64,000 nt of DNA from an uncultured Clostridia bacterium (GCA_934454145.1 CAKSFT010000006.1:65149-129148), one strand, 5' to 3'. Shown: positions 18,402 to 29,742, counted from the first letter of the stretch. Program-made: numbers and translations. Notes: generated by a model from the letters alone, not told the origin.

Positions 18402-19138
18402 TACGTTTTGATGTTTTGACCCTTTTTCCCGACATGTTCCGCGCCGTCCTCGGCGACAGCATCATAAAGCGCGCATGCGAAAAGGGACTTGTTGAGCTTC
18501 ACTTCACCGACATACGCGACTATACAAAAAACAAACACCGAAAAGTGGACGACTATCCATACAGCGGCGGTGGCGGCATGCTTATGACCCCACAGCCGAT
18601 ATATGACGCATATATGAGCATTGCCGAAGGGCTTGACTATAAGCCATACACAATCTATATGTCCCCCCAGGGAAAGATCTTTGACCAGCAGACAGCCATA
18701 GACCTGTCAAAGCTGCAACACATTATACTGTTGTGCGGACATTATGAAGGCATTGACCAGCGTGTGCTGGACATGATTGTCGACAGCGAAATGTCCATTG
18801 GTGACTTTGTCCTGACAGGCGGCGAAATACCTGCCATGGCAGTGATTGACGCTGTGAGCAGAATGATTCCGGGCGTGCTTGCAAATGAAAATTCCTATTC
18901 TGACGAAAGCCATTTTTCCGGTCTTTTGGAATATCCGCAGTATACACGCCCCGAGGAATTTATGGGAGAAAAAATCCCCGAAGTGCTGATTTCGGGGCAC
19001 CACGCCAATATAAACCGCTGGAAAAGAGAAGAATCGCTGAGGAACACTCTAAAAAAACGTCCCGACATGCTGCAAAAAGCACAACTCAGCAAGGAGGACG
19101 TTGCCTTTTTGGATTCACTGAAAAAAAAGGGGTTGTAA
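18398..19138 (+). CDS. trmD: tRNA (guanine37-N1)-methyltransferase
   Basis: 246 aa. FDVLTLFPDMF...CGHYEGIDQRV...SIGDFVLTGGE. Confidence 0.93.
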   Translation: MIRFDVLTLFPDMFRAVLGDSIIKRACEKGLVELHFTDIRDYTKNKHRKVDDYPYSGGGGMLMTPQPIYDAYMSIAEGLDYKPYTIYMSPQGKIFDQQTAIDLSKLQHIILLCGHYEGIDQRVLDMIVDSEMSIGDFVLTGGEIPAMAVIDAVSRMIPGVLANENSYSDESHFSGLLEYPQYTRPEEFMGEKIPEVLISGHHANINRWKREESLRNTLKKRPDMLQKAQLSKEDVAFLDSLKKKGL

Positions 19139-19140
19139 AA

Positions 19141-19178
19141 AAGTTCCGGCAAAACGAAATTCGTTTTGCCGGAACTTT
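19141..19178. terminator. Bidirectional terminator between trmD and ntpD
   Basis: 18-bp stem AAGTTCCGGCAAAACGAA/TTCGTTTTGCCGGAACTT flanked by A- and T-runs. Confidence 0.75.
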
Positions 19179-19179
19179 T

Positions 19180-19797
19180 TTATTCATTGTTTTTGTTTCC
19201 CTTTATCAGTTTCATTCTTGTGTGCTCTTCTCTTTCTTTTTCTTCAAGAGCATTTGTTATATCCTTTGTTATTTTTTCATAAAGTGGAATTGTTATGTTT
19301 TTCAGCGCATTTGCCCTTTTCTGAGTCTTTTTTATACCCATGGCAAGACGGTAAACAGAGTTTTCTATTTCCGCCAGCCGAACCGTAAGTTTCTTGACAT
19401 CAGAAAACCTGACAAAGGTTTCGTCAAATGCAGATGTGGTTTCATAAAAGCTGTACGAAGGCTTGTCATTTGTGTCGGAAAGATGCGTCATCGGCAATTC
19501 CACACCCATGACACTGCGCAGATTTATCTGCACATTTTCCTCCACCGCAGCCGAGTGCGCCAAATCCTGAACTGTGTCACAGCCCATCATTATGTTTGCG
19601 CTCTCCAAAGCATGGTATGCATCGGCGAATGTTTTTTCAATCTTTTCTTCTATATCCTTTGCCTCGTCTATAAGCGCCATCATTTCTCGGATAAGGATAT
19701 TTCTTTTTTTGTCAAGCATCTCATACCCCTGGTGCGAGAGCCTCAGGGTGTTTTTTGCCGCCATAAGGTTGCCTTTCGTAGGCGCGGTCTGTGCCAT
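19180..19797 (-). CDS. ntpD: V-type ATP synthase subunit D
   Basis: 205 aa. PTKGNLMAAKNTLRLSHQGYEMLDKKRNILIREM is typical of V/A-ATPase subunit D. Confidence 0.9.
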   Translation of the reverse strand: MAQTAPTKGNLMAAKNTLRLSHQGYEMLDKKRNILIREMMALIDEAKDIEEKIEKTFADAYHALESANIMMGCDTVQDLAHSAAVEENVQINLRSVMGVELPMTHLSDTNDKPSYSFYETTSAFDETFVRFSDVKKLTVRLAEIENSVYRLAMGIKKTQKRANALKNITIPLYEKITKDITNALEEKEREEHTRMKLIKGNKNNE

Positions 19798-19817
19798 ATA
19801 TCCTCACTCCTTTACCT

Positions 19818-21215
19818 TTATTCTGCCGGTTTATAGTATTTGTCCAATATTTCGTCCGGCACACGGTCAAGCTCACTGCGCGGAAGAATCCCCAAAAGTT
19901 CCCAGCCCAGGTCAAGCGTTTCGGTGATGCTTCTGTTCTCGTCCTGACCCTGGTTCAAAAATCTGCTGTCAAAGGCTTTTCCGAATTCTATATATTTCTT
20001 GTCTATCGGCGAAAGCTCGTCCTCACCGATAACCGAGGCAAGACTCTTTGCATCGTTTACCTTGGAATATGCCGAGAAAAGCTGGTTTGCAAGTGCCGGG
20101 TGATCCTCACGTGTAAAACCTTCGCCGATTCCGTCCTTCATCAGACGCGAAAGCGACGGCAAAACCGACACCGGCGGATAAACACCCGAAATTGTCAAAT
20201 CTCTCCCCAAAACAATCTGACCTTCTGTGATATATCCTGTCAGGTCAGGCACAGGGTGAGTGATATCGTCATTCGGCATCGAAAGAATCGGCACCTGTGT
20301 AACAGAGCCTTTTGCATCTTTTATTATCCCTGCACGCTCATACAGCGATGCCAAATCGGAATAAAGATATCCCGGATATCCCTTTCTTGACGGAACCTCA
20401 CCTTTTGACGAGGAAATCTCACGCAAAGCCTCTGCATAAGAGGTCATGTCCGTCAAAATTACAAGCACATGCATATCGTGCTTAAACGCAAGATATTCTG
20501 CCGCGGTGAGCGCACACTTCGGCGTGATGATTCTTTCCACAACAGGGTCATTTGAAAGGTTCAAAAACATCACAACCTTGCTTAAAACACCGCTTTCTTC
20601 AAATGCTTTCCTAAAGTAATTTGCCACGTCATGCTTTACGCCCATCGCGGCAAAGACAATCGCAAACTTGTCGCCGGCTGTGTCCGACTCGTCAACAACC
20701 TTTGCCTGTCTTGCAATCTGCACCGCAAGATTATCGTGCGGCAGGCCGTCCCCCGAAAAAATCGGGAGCTTTTGCCCTCTTATCAAAGTTGTAAGACAGT
20801 CAATCGAAGATATCCCGGTCTGTATAAAGTTGTTCGGGTACTCTCTTGAAACAGGGTTTATCGGCTCGCCGTTTACATTTCTCATTTCGTCGGCATAAAA
20901 CTCGCCCAAACCGTCTATCGGGCGTCCGATGCCGTCCAGGGTTCTCCCCAGGATTTCCATTGAAAGCGGCATCATCATGGGCTTGCCCATGAGCTTTGTT
21001 TTTGTATTTGTAAGCGACAGCCCCGATGTCCCCTCAAATACTTGTATAACAGCTTTGTCACCCGACATTTCTATGATACGCCCGATTCTTTTCGAGCCGT
21101 CCTCCAGGGTAATCGTCACCATTTCCTCATTTGCCGCGCCGCTTATCCCTTCTATAGCAACAAGAGGTCCTTCTATATTTTTAAGTCCTATATATTCAAT
21201 TGCCATAACATTCAT
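19818..21215 (-). CDS. ntpB: V-type ATP synthase subunit B
   Basis: 465 aa. Non-catalytic B-subunit pattern (...GQKLPIFSG...[16 protein letters not shown]). Confidence 0.93.
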   Translation of the reverse strand: MNVMAIEYIGLKNIEGPLVAIEGISGAANEEMVTITLEDGSKRIGRIIEMSGDKAVIQVFEGTSGLSLTNTKTKLMGKPMMMPLSMEILGRTLDGIGRPIDGLGEFYADEMRNVNGEPINPVSREYPNNFIQTGISSIDCLTTLIRGQKLPIFSGDGLPHDNLAVQIARQAKVVDESDTAGDKFAIVFAAMGVKHDVANYFRKAFEESGVLSKVVMFLNLSNDPVVERIITPKCALTAAEYLAFKHDMHVLVILTDMTSYAEALREISSSKGEVPSRKGYPGYLYSDLASLYERAGIIKDAKGSVTQVPILSMPNDDITHPVPDLTGYITEGQIVLGRDLTISGVYPPVSVLPSLSRLMKDGIGEGFTREDHPALANQLFSAYSKVNDAKSLASVIGEDELSPIDKKYIEFGKAFDSRFLNQGQDENRSITETLDLGWELLGILPRSELDRVPDEILDKYYKPAE

Positions 21216-21232
21216 TCCTTTCCGAGTTTTTG

Positions 21233-22996
21233 CTAATTATCATATTCGGCACAAATCCCCGAAATCGCCGCGTCAATTTTGCTTTTCAAGACAAAAAACG
21301 GACTCATATCATCATTTTTTACAGTATATTTTATCCTTATCAATTCCTCGGTTATGCCCGTTTCGGCAACCTTGGAAACCGGAATGGAGCGTTCCACAAG
21401 CTCGTGAAGCTTCTCGTGGAAATAAAGGATTACATCCATCATTTTTTCCTGTTTTTCCAGCGGAACATATGTGTCCTCGGCATGGAAAGCATTCTGCTGC
21501 AAAAATCCCTGGCGTATAACCTTTGCGGTTTCCAGTGTTGCTTTTTGCGAATCCGGCAAAACATCAGAACCAATCAGCTTTACTATTTCCATAAGGTTTG
21601 CCTCTTCGCCCAAAATTGACATTATCTCGCCGCGCTTTTTGAAAAAGTCGGGTGAAACATTTTCCTTATACCAGTCCTCCAAATCCTCTGTATAAGCCGA
21701 ATAGCTGTTCAGCCAGTTTATCGCCGGATAGTGACGCGCATACGCAAGCGCCTTGTCAAGCGCCCAGAAACATCTCGTAAATCTCTTTGTGTTCTGTGTC
21801 ACAGGCTCTGAGAAATCTCCGCCCTGCGGCGACACCGCACCAATCAGGGTCACAGAGCCCTCCGTCCCGTTCAGGTTTGTCACATATCCCGCACGCTCAT
21901 AAAACGCCGACAGCCTTGACGCCAGATATGCCGGGAATCCTTCTTCCGCCGGCATTTCTTCCAGACGTCCCGAGATTTCCCTCAAAGCCTCTGCCCAACG
22001 CGAGGTCGAGTCCGCCATAAGCGCAACATGATATCCCATATCACGATAATATTCCGCCAAAGTCACACCAGTGTATATGCTTGCCTCACGCGCCGCAACA
22101 GGCATGTTTGACGTATTTGCGATAAGTACGGTTCTGTCCAGAAGCGGTTTGTTTGACTTCGGGTCGATAAGCTCCGAAAACTCTTCCAAAACCTGTGTCA
22201 TTTCGTTTCCGCGTTCTCCGCAGCCTATGTAAACAATGATGTCCGCATCGCACCATTTTGCAATCTGGTGCTGGTTCATTGTTTTCCCCGTGCCGAATCC
22301 GCCCGGAATCGCCGCCGCGCCGCCTTTTGCCAGCGGAAACATAGAATCCATGATTCTCTGCCCCGTGATAAGCGGACGTGAAATCGGCTGGCGCAGCTTG
22401 TACGGTCTTTCAGTCTTTATCGGCCACTTCTGCGTCATTGTGAGTTCCTTTTCGCCGTCCTCGGTTTTAAGTTTCATCACAACATCATTTATGGTATATT
22501 CGCCGTCAGCGGCAATCCATGTGATTTCACCCTCCATGCCGTACGGAACCATAACCTTGTGCGTGATAAGTGAGGTTTCGGGGACTTGTGCAAATATGTC
22601 GCCTGCGGCAACATGCTCCCCGACCTTTTTTACAAATGTCGTTTTCCATTTCTTTTCAATGTCAAGCGAATTGAAGCTTACGCCTCTTCCTATAAACGCC
22701 CCGAAACGGTCGCGTATATCGGTAAGCGGTCTTTCGATGCCGTCAAATATATTTGAAATTATCCCCGGCGCCAGCGTAACCGAAAGCGGACTGCCCGTCC
22801 CGACCACCGGCTCGCCAATCATAAGCCCCTGTGTATCCTCATACACCTGGATAACAGCCGCCTTGTCGGTGACGCCTATGACTTCGCCGATTAACTGTTC
22901 GTTGCCCACATACACCATTTCCTGCATGCAGAAATCCGACGCACCGCTCACCGTAACAACAGGGCCGTTTATTCCGTGAATACTGCCTTTAGTCAT
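21233..22996 (-). CDS. ntpA: V-type ATP synthase catalytic subunit A
   Basis: 587 aa. Walker A GGFGTGKT, with the non-homologous insert typical of A subunits. Confidence 0.95.
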   Translation of the reverse strand: MTKGSIHGINGPVVTVSGASDFCMQEMVYVGNEQLIGEVIGVTDKAAVIQVYEDTQGLMIGEPVVGTGSPLSVTLAPGIISNIFDGIERPLTDIRDRFGAFIGRGVSFNSLDIEKKWKTTFVKKVGEHVAAGDIFAQVPETSLITHKVMVPYGMEGEITWIAADGEYTINDVVMKLKTEDGEKELTMTQKWPIKTERPYKLRQPISRPLITGQRIMDSMFPLAKGGAAAIPGGFGTGKTMNQHQIAKWCDADIIVYIGCGERGNEMTQVLEEFSELIDPKSNKPLLDRTVLIANTSNMPVAAREASIYTGVTLAEYYRDMGYHVALMADSTSRWAEALREISGRLEEMPAEEGFPAYLASRLSAFYERAGYVTNLNGTEGSVTLIGAVSPQGGDFSEPVTQNTKRFTRCFWALDKALAYARHYPAINWLNSYSAYTEDLEDWYKENVSPDFFKKRGEIMSILGEEANLMEIVKLIGSDVLPDSQKATLETAKVIRQGFLQQNAFHAEDTYVPLEKQEKMMDVILYFHEKLHELVERSIPVSKVAETGITEELIRIKYTVKNDDMSPFFVLKSKIDAAISGICAEYDN

Positions 22997-23033
22997 AATA
23001 TATCAAATCCCTTCATTTTGTGTGTGCCGGTTC

Positions 23034-23648
23034 TTAGTCTATCACCAATCCGCTGTTTTGCAGAAAATCTGCTCTCTGCGCCTGCAAAAGCTCATAAAAC
23101 GAATAGTCAACCATGATACCTTTTTCAAGGTTTCTCACACGCACACCGCCCCAAAATTCCTTCTCGGGCACTGCCTCCAAAGCCACACCCTCGGGGAGTT
23201 CTCCCGAAACCGCGGCACAGTCCGCCTCTGTAAGATATGCTTGCTTTTTCCCTTCTCCGGCTTCCAGAACCGCCTTTTTCAAACGTTTTTTCAGCCATTC
23301 TCCGTATTCCGGGCTCCCTTTAAATTCATAAAGTTTCCTTGATGCCTCACCAAAAACATCATCAATTATCTCTTCACGTTTTTTCAGGAGCGCCTTTTTG
23401 GCGTCAAACTCCGCCATTCTCACTCTCTCATTGTCCTCTTTGCGTATTTTCGAAATACAGTCCTGTATTCTCTCATACGCATCTTCCAAAAATTCATCAT
23501 ATTTGCTTTCCAGCTTTGATGCCTTTTCAGACTTTATTTCTGCCTCCAGCTCTTCCAGTTTTTTCTGTGCGTCGTTCATGACATTGCTGGAAAACTTGTT
23601 AAGCTTTGCTTCCAATAAAGAATCCATAATTTTCATCGCCTTTCTCAA
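23034..23648 (-). CDS. ntpE: V-type ATP synthase subunit E
   Basis: 204 aa. Long charged N-terminal coiled coil plus a globular C-terminus, and position in the operon. Confidence 0.75.
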   Translation of the reverse strand: MRKAMKIMDSLLEAKLNKFSSNVMNDAQKKLEELEAEIKSEKASKLESKYDEFLEDAYERIQDCISKIRKEDNERVRMAEFDAKKALLKKREEIIDDVFGEASRKLYEFKGSPEYGEWLKKRLKKAVLEAGEGKKQAYLTEADCAAVSGELPEGVALEAVPEKEFWGGVRVRNLEKGIMVDYSFYELLQAQRADFLQNSGLVID

Positions 23649-23953
23649 AGTTTCAAACCGATAGATTCCGAAACCATGCTGTTTATGGAATTGCCGATAT
23701 CACGGCTTCCGTGTCTGTCGGGTATCTCAATGATAAGCGGAGTATGCAGGGTTATTTTCAGGTTTCTGACATATTCTGTGTCTATTGCCGCCGCCTTTTC
23801 GGTGAATATAAGCAAGCCTATGCTTTTATCCTCAACAGCCGACTTTACAGCCGACTTCAGCGCCTCTTCGTCATGGACGACAACGCCCTCAACACCTGCC
23901 ACCCTCATGCCAATCTGAGTGTCTATGTTGTCACTTATAAGAAACATTTTCAT
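23645..23953 (-). CDS. ntpF: V-type ATP synthase subunit F
   Basis: 102 aa. MKMFLISDNIDTQIGMRVAGVEG pattern. Confidence 0.8.
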   Translation of the reverse strand: MKMFLISDNIDTQIGMRVAGVEGVVVHDEEALKSAVKSAVEDKSIGLLIFTEKAAAIDTEYVRNLKITLHTPLIIEIPDRHGSRDIGNSINSMVSESIGLKL

Positions 23954-23982
23954 TTCTTTATCATTCCTTTTAAATTCCGATA

Positions 23983-24420
23983 TCAGCCGTTTATAATCAT
24001 GATTGATATAACCAGGCCGTAGAGAGCAATACCTTCTGCCAGGGCAACAAAGATAAGTGTTTTACCCATAATTCCTTCATTTTCGCTCATCGCGCCGATT
24101 GCGGCGGAAGCGGCGGACGCAACGGCAATACCGCCGCCGATGCCCGAAGTACCGGTTGCCAGAGCGGCGCCGATGTATTTCAGCCCGTCACCTACCGTCA
24201 GGCCTGCGCCTGCGGCTGCCGTTTCTGCAAAAGCCGGCATTGCGCCGTACAGCGAATAAACCGTCCCGGCAAGCATGAGACCGAAAAAGGTCACCATATT
24301 TATTATAAGACATTCTTTCCCGTTTTTGTTGCCCGAAAGCTTATACACAGCCAAAGGAGCCGCAACAGACACCAAAACCAACACAAACAATACATTTAAT
24401 AACATTTTCAATTCCTCCAA
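23983..24420 (-). CDS. ntpK: V-type ATP synthase subunit K (proteolipid c)
   Basis: 145 aa. Gly/Ala-rich hairpin TM repeats and a conserved Glu in LAEGIALYGLVI. Confidence 0.85.
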   Translation of the reverse strand: MEELKMLLNVLFVLVLVSVAAPLAVYKLSGNKNGKECLIINMVTFFGLMLAGTVYSLYGAMPAFAETAAAGAGLTVGDGLKYIGAALATGTSGIGGGIAVASAASAAIGAMSENEGIMGKTLIFVALAEGIALYGLVISIMIING

Positions 24421-24422
24421 TT

Positions 24423-26312
24423 TTATTTATTTTTAAGTGATGTAAAAGGCTTTCCGTTTCCTGTGAAATATCTTGAGAACATTTCATAATACTCAAGCCT
24501 TAATACCTGAATCGCAACAACAATACCTTCCAAAACCATAACCAGAATATTCCCCAAAACAGAAACTATAATCATTTTGACCGTTCCGCCGGTGGCAAGC
24601 ACCGAAACCGCCATCATCATGCCGACATGGACAATGGCAAATGCGCCGATTCTCAGGAATGAAATTGTGTTTGAAAAATAACTGAGCACAACTTCGACCA
24701 GCTCAAAAAAGCTCTGCACATAGAATATCCCGTCCTTCGGCAGCCAGTCCTTTTTGCCTTCGACAAGCTTTCCCAGCGGCTCGTTCAGATACACAGCCAA
24801 AATCGACACAATCATCACTGTCACGGGCACTGCCGCCGGCAGGTTTATCGCCCCGACAAACAAATCCAGCACAAGCACAATTGCCGATGCATAAAAAAGC
24901 AGTCCGGCAATGCCGTTGTGTCCAAAAATCATATCGCCGATTCGCCGGTTTTTCCACGCATTTATGATGTTTAAAATCATGCCGAGGATTATTATAAATC
25001 CGCCGATTGCCACCGTGCCCAAAAGCAGTGTTGTTATATTTTTCATTGGCGGCAAAACGCCGTGGATTATCTCTTCATTTCCAAAAACAGAACCGTAAAG
25101 CCAGCCGAACACCGTCCCCGATATGCCGACAATGCCGACAATACGCGCAAGTTCAAATTTTGTAAACTTATATATCAGAAATCCGCCGATTACAAACAGC
25201 AGGCTCTGCCCCACATCGCCGAACATCATGCCGAAAAACAATATATATGTTATCGCCAGAAGCGGCGTCGGGTCAATTTCGTTATAGCCCGGATAGCCGT
25301 ACATTTTTACAAAAAATTCAAACGGTCTGAAAAGAATATTATTCTTCAGTTTTGTCGGCGGCTTTACAATATCCTTCAGATTGTCCGGATTTTCCGAATA
25401 GAACAGCAGTATGTCGGAATCATTGTCCGCCTCTTTTTCCATCTTTTTTGCGTCTTTTTCCGCCATCCACCCGACTATATAGAAATAGTCTGCCGAATGT
25501 GCCGCCTTGTCGCGCACCTCCGAGAACTTCTGGCGTCTTTTTGCGGTGTTATAGACATCCATCAATTTCGGCTTATATTCCTCCAGTATATCGGAGGTCT
25601 TTTTTTCAAGTTCTTTTGCCTTTACGGCAATGTCATCATTTCGCTTTTTAAGCGCCTCGGCAATCTGTGCCGGGTTGCCTTCGATTCCTCTCGGGAACAT
25701 CACACGTTCAAAATACAGCGAGGTGAATATATCGTCCACGCGTTCTGCATCCTCGTGTGCAACAAAATAAAATCCCCAAATATTGTTTTCATCTTCGTCG
25801 GTTTTCAAGAAGATAATGTCCAAATCCGCAAGATATGTGCCAAGCATCTTATATCCGCCTTTTGGCACCTTCCCAAAACGGCACCGCAAAAATTCCAGTT
25901 CGCCCAGTCTTGAAATGTCACAGTTTACATTTTTCATGTGCTCCAGGCTCTTCAGACTTTTTTGGTTTTCCGCCTGTTCTTTTGACAGTGCCTCCCTTTC
26001 CGCCTTTTTCCCTTCAAATTCCAGATTAAGCTTATCTAAGAATCCGCGCATATCATCAATGCTCATTCCGCCCGTATGCATATCGGTTTTCCCTGCCGAA
26101 ATCCCGGCAAGCTTCATGATTCCTTCCGCGCTTTTGACAATTGAGTCATACTGCACGCTGTCGTCAAATGCAGAAAGCCTTTCTTTGTTTCCCAATACCG
26201 AAATGGCATTTTCAAGATGTATGTCCCTGTTGTAGATATATTTGCTTACGACATTGTCAAAATTATCAATTTTTCCGGCAATGGTCACGGCAACCATTTT
26301 TACAATAGCCAC
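24423..26312 (-). CDS. ntpI: V-type ATP synthase subunit I
   Basis: 629 aa. Soluble N-half plus polytopic C-half, with the conserved LRL in LRLEYYEMFSRYF. Confidence 0.85.
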   Translation of the reverse strand: MAIVKMVAVTIAGKIDNFDNVVSKYIYNRDIHLENAISVLGNKERLSAFDDSVQYDSIVKSAEGIMKLAGISAGKTDMHTGGMSIDDMRGFLDKLNLEFEGKKAEREALSKEQAENQKSLKSLEHMKNVNCDISRLGELEFLRCRFGKVPKGGYKMLGTYLADLDIIFLKTDEDENNIWGFYFVAHEDAERVDDIFTSLYFERVMFPRGIEGNPAQIAEALKKRNDDIAVKAKELEKKTSDILEEYKPKLMDVYNTAKRRQKFSEVRDKAAHSADYFYIVGWMAEKDAKKMEKEADNDSDILLFYSENPDNLKDIVKPPTKLKNNILFRPFEFFVKMYGYPGYNEIDPTPLLAITYILFFGMMFGDVGQSLLFVIGGFLIYKFTKFELARIVGIVGISGTVFGWLYGSVFGNEEIIHGVLPPMKNITTLLLGTVAIGGFIIILGMILNIINAWKNRRIGDMIFGHNGIAGLLFYASAIVLVLDLFVGAINLPAAVPVTVMIVSILAVYLNEPLGKLVEGKKDWLPKDGIFYVQSFFELVEVVLSYFSNTISFLRIGAFAIVHVGMMMAVSVLATGGTVKMIIVSVLGNILVMVLEGIVVAIQVLRLEYYEMFSRYFTGNGKPFTSLKNK

Positions 26313-26327
26313 TTAACCTGCACCTCC

Positions 26328-27368
26328 TTAACCAATCCTCACATGTTTTTTTATCATTTCAGGATTAATATCATACCTTACCCCTTCTATAATCCTTGTG
26401 ATATTCAATATTTCAAGCTCTTTCAAGCCCAGATATGCGAAAAGCCCCGCAATTGAATCGGGCTTTGTGCGGAAAATCGTTTTCGCGGTTTTATACCGTA
26501 TTTTTCTGTAGTTTTCCTCAATAAAATAGCCCTCGTCCAGCCTGTCAAACAAATGCCTGTAAGGCGTGTGTTTCAGCATATCGGCAATGGAATCGGCATC
26601 TTTTGCCTCGACAAGCATTGCTATCTGCCCGTCATACAATTTGTATTTCACCGGCAAAAGATACGTATAAATAATCTTATTGTCAAATTTAAAATACTTC
26701 TTGCCGCGGTATATCCATATGATATTAAGCATATCCGCATCGCTTCCCAGATATTTTTTCATATCCGTCTGCTCCGCCTTTGAAAGATATTTTTCCGCAG
26801 CATTCCACAAAAGCTTGTAATAAAGACCGTCCAAAGTCATCGCAACCGAGAAATAATCCGCCTCCACAGATTCTGCACGTTCCAAAACATCATGGTATAC
26901 CGTGCCCTTTGCCGCCTCGGTGAAATCTGAAAGCTTTTCCGCCTTCTTGCACATATCAACATCGATTGATGTGTGCTTTCTGAAAAAATCGTCCAGCTCT
27001 TCGGTATTCTCAAATCGGTAAAGACCGCTTTCGTGATTGTATATATTTCTTATGCAATGCTTCAGATAATCAACCTCACGCCGTGCAAACCAAAATTCCA
27101 AAACAGATGACTTTGACGAATCCACAAAGTTCAGCATGCGCTTATATTCATCGGAAATTTCCTTCCAGAGAAGATTTTCTATTTCCCCTCGGTGCACGTC
27201 CGCCTCATTCATATTGCTGAAGAACCGCCTGTACGAGCTTTTGTTTTTCAGATATGCAAATATTTCGCCCACGCTGCGCTTTCCCACAAGTGTCGCAAAA
27301 TCCGCGTCTGTAAGACACTCGCCATACATCGCCCTTGTCTTGGTTGCGGCGGCAATATAGCTGTTCAT
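26328..27368 (-). CDS. ntpC: V-type ATP synthase subunit C (d-type)
   Basis: 346 aa. All-helical protein whose size and operon position match NtpC. Confidence 0.7.
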   Translation of the reverse strand: MNSYIAAATKTRAMYGECLTDADFATLVGKRSVGEIFAYLKNKSSYRRFFSNMNEADVHRGEIENLLWKEISDEYKRMLNFVDSSKSSVLEFWFARREVDYLKHCIRNIYNHESGLYRFENTEELDDFFRKHTSIDVDMCKKAEKLSDFTEAAKGTVYHDVLERAESVEADYFSVAMTLDGLYYKLLWNAAEKYLSKAEQTDMKKYLGSDADMLNIIWIYRGKKYFKFDNKIIYTYLLPVKYKLYDGQIAMLVEAKDADSIADMLKHTPYRHLFDRLDEGYFIEENYRKIRYKTAKTIFRTKPDSIAGLFAYLGLKELEILNITRIIEGVRYDINPEMIKKHVRIG

Positions 27369-27378
27369 ATCAAAAACC

Positions 27379-27687
27379 TCACTTTACAACTGTATTTACC
27401 AGATTTTCAATCCAGCCTTCTCTGCTCTTCTTTGCCGTATCTTCAATCTTCCTCAAATCAGCCTCCAGCTTGGTGTTAATCTTCTCAATCTTTTTGTCAG
27501 CCTCATCGTCTTCATAATTTTTCAGTGTTTCCTGCTTTTTTTCAGCCCTGGCGCTGATTTCTTCCTGCATTTTTTTCACTTCGCCGTCTATGGTTTCGCC
27601 CAGATGTTCCTTTTCTTCGCGTGCTTTTTTTATGAGTTCCTGCGCTTCCTCTTCTATCTTTATAATGCGTTCAATAATCTCGTCCAT
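27379..27687 (-). CDS. Small coiled-coil V-ATPase subunit (G/H-like)
   Basis: ~102 aa and highly charged (IIKIEEEAQELIKKAREEKE...). It is the first gene of the ATPase block. I prefer the ATG at 27687 (AAAGGAAG 8 nt upstream). Confidence 0.6.
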   Translation of the reverse strand: MDEIIERIIKIEEEAQELIKKAREEKEHLGETIDGEVKKMQEEISARAEKKQETLKNYEDDEADKKIEKINTKLEADLRKIEDTAKKSREGWIENLVNTVVK

Positions 27688-27716
27688 TAAAAACACTTCC
27701 TTTTATTCCTTAATGT

Positions 27717-29096
27717 TTAATTCTTCAATGACTGGAGCGGTGCCGGGATTCTTCCCTTCCTGGCGATAAACTCCGCACTGCTGTATTTGCTTACCTCCAT
27801 GACCGGTCCGCTGCCCAGAAGACCGCCAAATTCCACAATGTCGCCAATCTTCTTCCCCGGCGCCGGGATAACCCTCACCGCCGTGGTTTTGCTGTTGACC
27901 ATGCCGATTGCTGCCTCGTCTGCAATGATTGCCGAAACAGTCGCCGCGGAGGTGTCCCCCGGCAGAACAATCATGTCAAGCCCCACAGAACATACACATG
28001 TCATCGCCTCAAGCTTTTCAAGCTTCAGGGCACCCGTCCTTGCGGCGTCAATCATGCCCGCGTCCTCACTGACCGGTATGAAGGCGCCCGAAAGACCGCC
28101 GACATATGAAGAAGCCATGACGCCTCCTTTTTTTACAGCATCGTTCAAAAGCGCCAGCGCCGCCGTCGTGCCGTGCGTGCCGCATTTTTCCAATCCCATT
28201 TCTTCCAATATATATGCCACGCTGTCGCCCACTGCCGGCGTCGGCGCAAGCGACAAATCCACAATACCAAACGGCACATTCAGGCGCCTGGAGGCTTCCC
28301 TTGCCACAAGCTGACCCATGCGCGTTATCTTAAACGCTGTTTTCTTTATGGTTTCGGCAACAACGCCAAATGGTTCTCCCTTGACCTTCTCAAGCGCACA
28401 TTTTACAACCCCGGGGCCGCTTACGCCCACATTGATTACACATTCGCCCTCGCCTTCGCCATGGAAAGCGCCCGCCATAAAGGGATTGTCCTCAACGGCA
28501 TTGGAGAACACCACAAGCTTTGCGCACGCAAATCCGCCGCTTTCGGCTGTCAGTTCCGCCGCCTTTTTTACGATTCTGCCCATCTGCTCCACGGCGTCCA
28601 TGTTTATCCCGGCGCGTGTAGATGCAACATTCACACTCGAGCATACAAGCTCTGTCTGCGACAAAGCATAAGGAATCGATTCTATAAGGATTTCCTCACC
28701 TTTTGTATATCCCTTGTGCACCAGCGCACTGTATCCGCCTATAAAATTGACCCCAACAGTGTGTGCCGCCGCGTCAAGTGTTTTTGCGATACGCACACAC
28801 TTTTCCACAGTCGGGTCATCAAGAGAGTCAACAAGCGATGCAACCGGTGTGACCGATATGCGCTTATTTATAATCGGGATTCCATAATTTGCTTCTATTT
28901 CTTCCCCCACCTTCACCAAATCTTTGGCAAGTGTTGTTATCTTCTTGTATATCTTGTCACACATGCGGTCTATGTCCGGGTCTGCACAGCTTTTCAGGCT
29001 TATCCCCATCGTTATGGTTCTTATGTCAAGATTTTCCTTGTCTATCATATGTATTGTTTCTATGATTTCGGGAGAATTTATCATATCCTTATCCAT
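27717..29096 (-). CDS. UPF0210 (DUF711) family protein
   Basis: [24 protein letters not shown] is the characteristic UPF0210 N-terminus. Length is ~455 aa. The start is uncertain (29096 or 29084; the track start at 29117 is a GTG). Confidence 0.8.
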   Translation of the reverse strand: MDKDMINSPEIIETIHMIDKENLDIRTITMGISLKSCADPDIDRMCDKIYKKITTLAKDLVKVGEEIEANYGIPIINKRISVTPVASLVDSLDDPTVEKCVRIAKTLDAAAHTVGVNFIGGYSALVHKGYTKGEEILIESIPYALSQTELVCSSVNVASTRAGINMDAVEQMGRIVKKAAELTAESGGFACAKLVVFSNAVEDNPFMAGAFHGEGEGECVINVGVSGPGVVKCALEKVKGEPFGVVAETIKKTAFKITRMGQLVAREASRRLNVPFGIVDLSLAPTPAVGDSVAYILEEMGLEKCGTHGTTAALALLNDAVKKGGVMASSYVGGLSGAFIPVSEDAGMIDAARTGALKLEKLEAMTCVCSVGLDMIVLPGDTSAATVSAIIADEAAIGMVNSKTTAVRVIPAPGKKIGDIVEFGGLLGSGPVMEVSKYSSAEFIARKGRIPAPLQSLKN

Positions 29097-29138
29097 TCCT
29101 TTCCGTACCGCAGGCACCTTCCAAAAAAAGGTCTGCTC

Positions 29139-29402
29139 TTATATGCGGTGCATCGACCTGAATACTTCTTCGTTTTGCAGATGTATGGAAAGCCCCATTT
29201 CGTCTGCAATTTTCTCAAGTTCTTCTGCAATTGTCTTGTGCAGCACATTAGACATGTCCACCATCATAATCATCGTAAACATGTCGTCCATTATAGTCTG
29301 CGATATATCCAGTATGTTTATCCCGTTTTCATAAAGAACATTGCTTACCCTTGCAATAATGCCCGTTTTATCCTTTCCCACAACAGTTATAACCGATTTC
29401 AT
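29139..29402 (-). CDS. ACT domain protein (UPF0237 family)
   Basis: MKSVITVVGKDKTGIIARVSNVLYENGINILDISQTIM. The usual partner gene lies directly upstream of UPF0210. Confidence 0.8.
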   Translation of the reverse strand: MKSVITVVGKDKTGIIARVSNVLYENGINILDISQTIMDDMFTMIMMVDMSNVLHKTIAEELEKIADEMGLSIHLQNEEVFRSMHRI

Positions 29403-29742
29403 AAAAAGCCTCCTCCACACTTTTTCCGCAGTTTCTTATACAAAAAACTAAGCACAATCCCCATAAAGAGATTGCACCCTTGCATCTTCCTTTTTAAAAC
29501 TGCACATCGTTTTTGAATATCATAATAATAATACTTTTATTTTCAAAAATCCAGTTTGATTTTTACACGTTTTATATCATAATTCACAATCAGAGCAATA
29601 TGTCGGCAAAATCCTCACAATTGCTCTGATTTTCTCGGAATATTAAGCTTTTTCTCAAATTTTACAATGTTTTTTTTACACATTCCCCTTTTTTTTTACA
29701 TTGTGTCCAATTTGAACAAATTATGTCAGTAATTTTTGTTAA

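Noticed and set aside
19139-19180. Missing rplS (L19) after trmD as a sign of deletion or rearrangement.
   Set aside because: trmD is followed immediately by a clean bidirectional terminator shared with the convergent V-ATPase operon, and there are no gene remnants. rplS is simply encoded elsewhere, which happens in some lineages.
28173-29516. Long antisense ORFs in the track:
- 28173-29516 plus strand, 447 aa
- 7849-8736 plus strand
- 6402-7253 plus strand
- 35348-36127 plus strand
- 60435-61286 plus strand
- 56401-57108 plus strand
- 43573-44064 minus strand
   Set aside because: Each lies entirely opposite a confidently identified gene (UPF0210, tagO, mnaA, glycoside hydrolase, ricT, amidohydrolase, gyrB). 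Their compositions are biased (Arg/His/Cys/Phe-rich) with no recognisable motifs, no SD and no independent promoter. They are shadow ORFs.
29590-29635. Hairpin AATCAGAGCAAT...ATTGCTCTGATT downstream of rlmB as its terminator.
   Set aside because: The stem is 12 bp, but no U-tract follows it on the minus strand (rlmB sense). On the plus strand it is followed only by TTCTC. It may be a processing site or stabilising hairpin, but I cannot support a terminator call.
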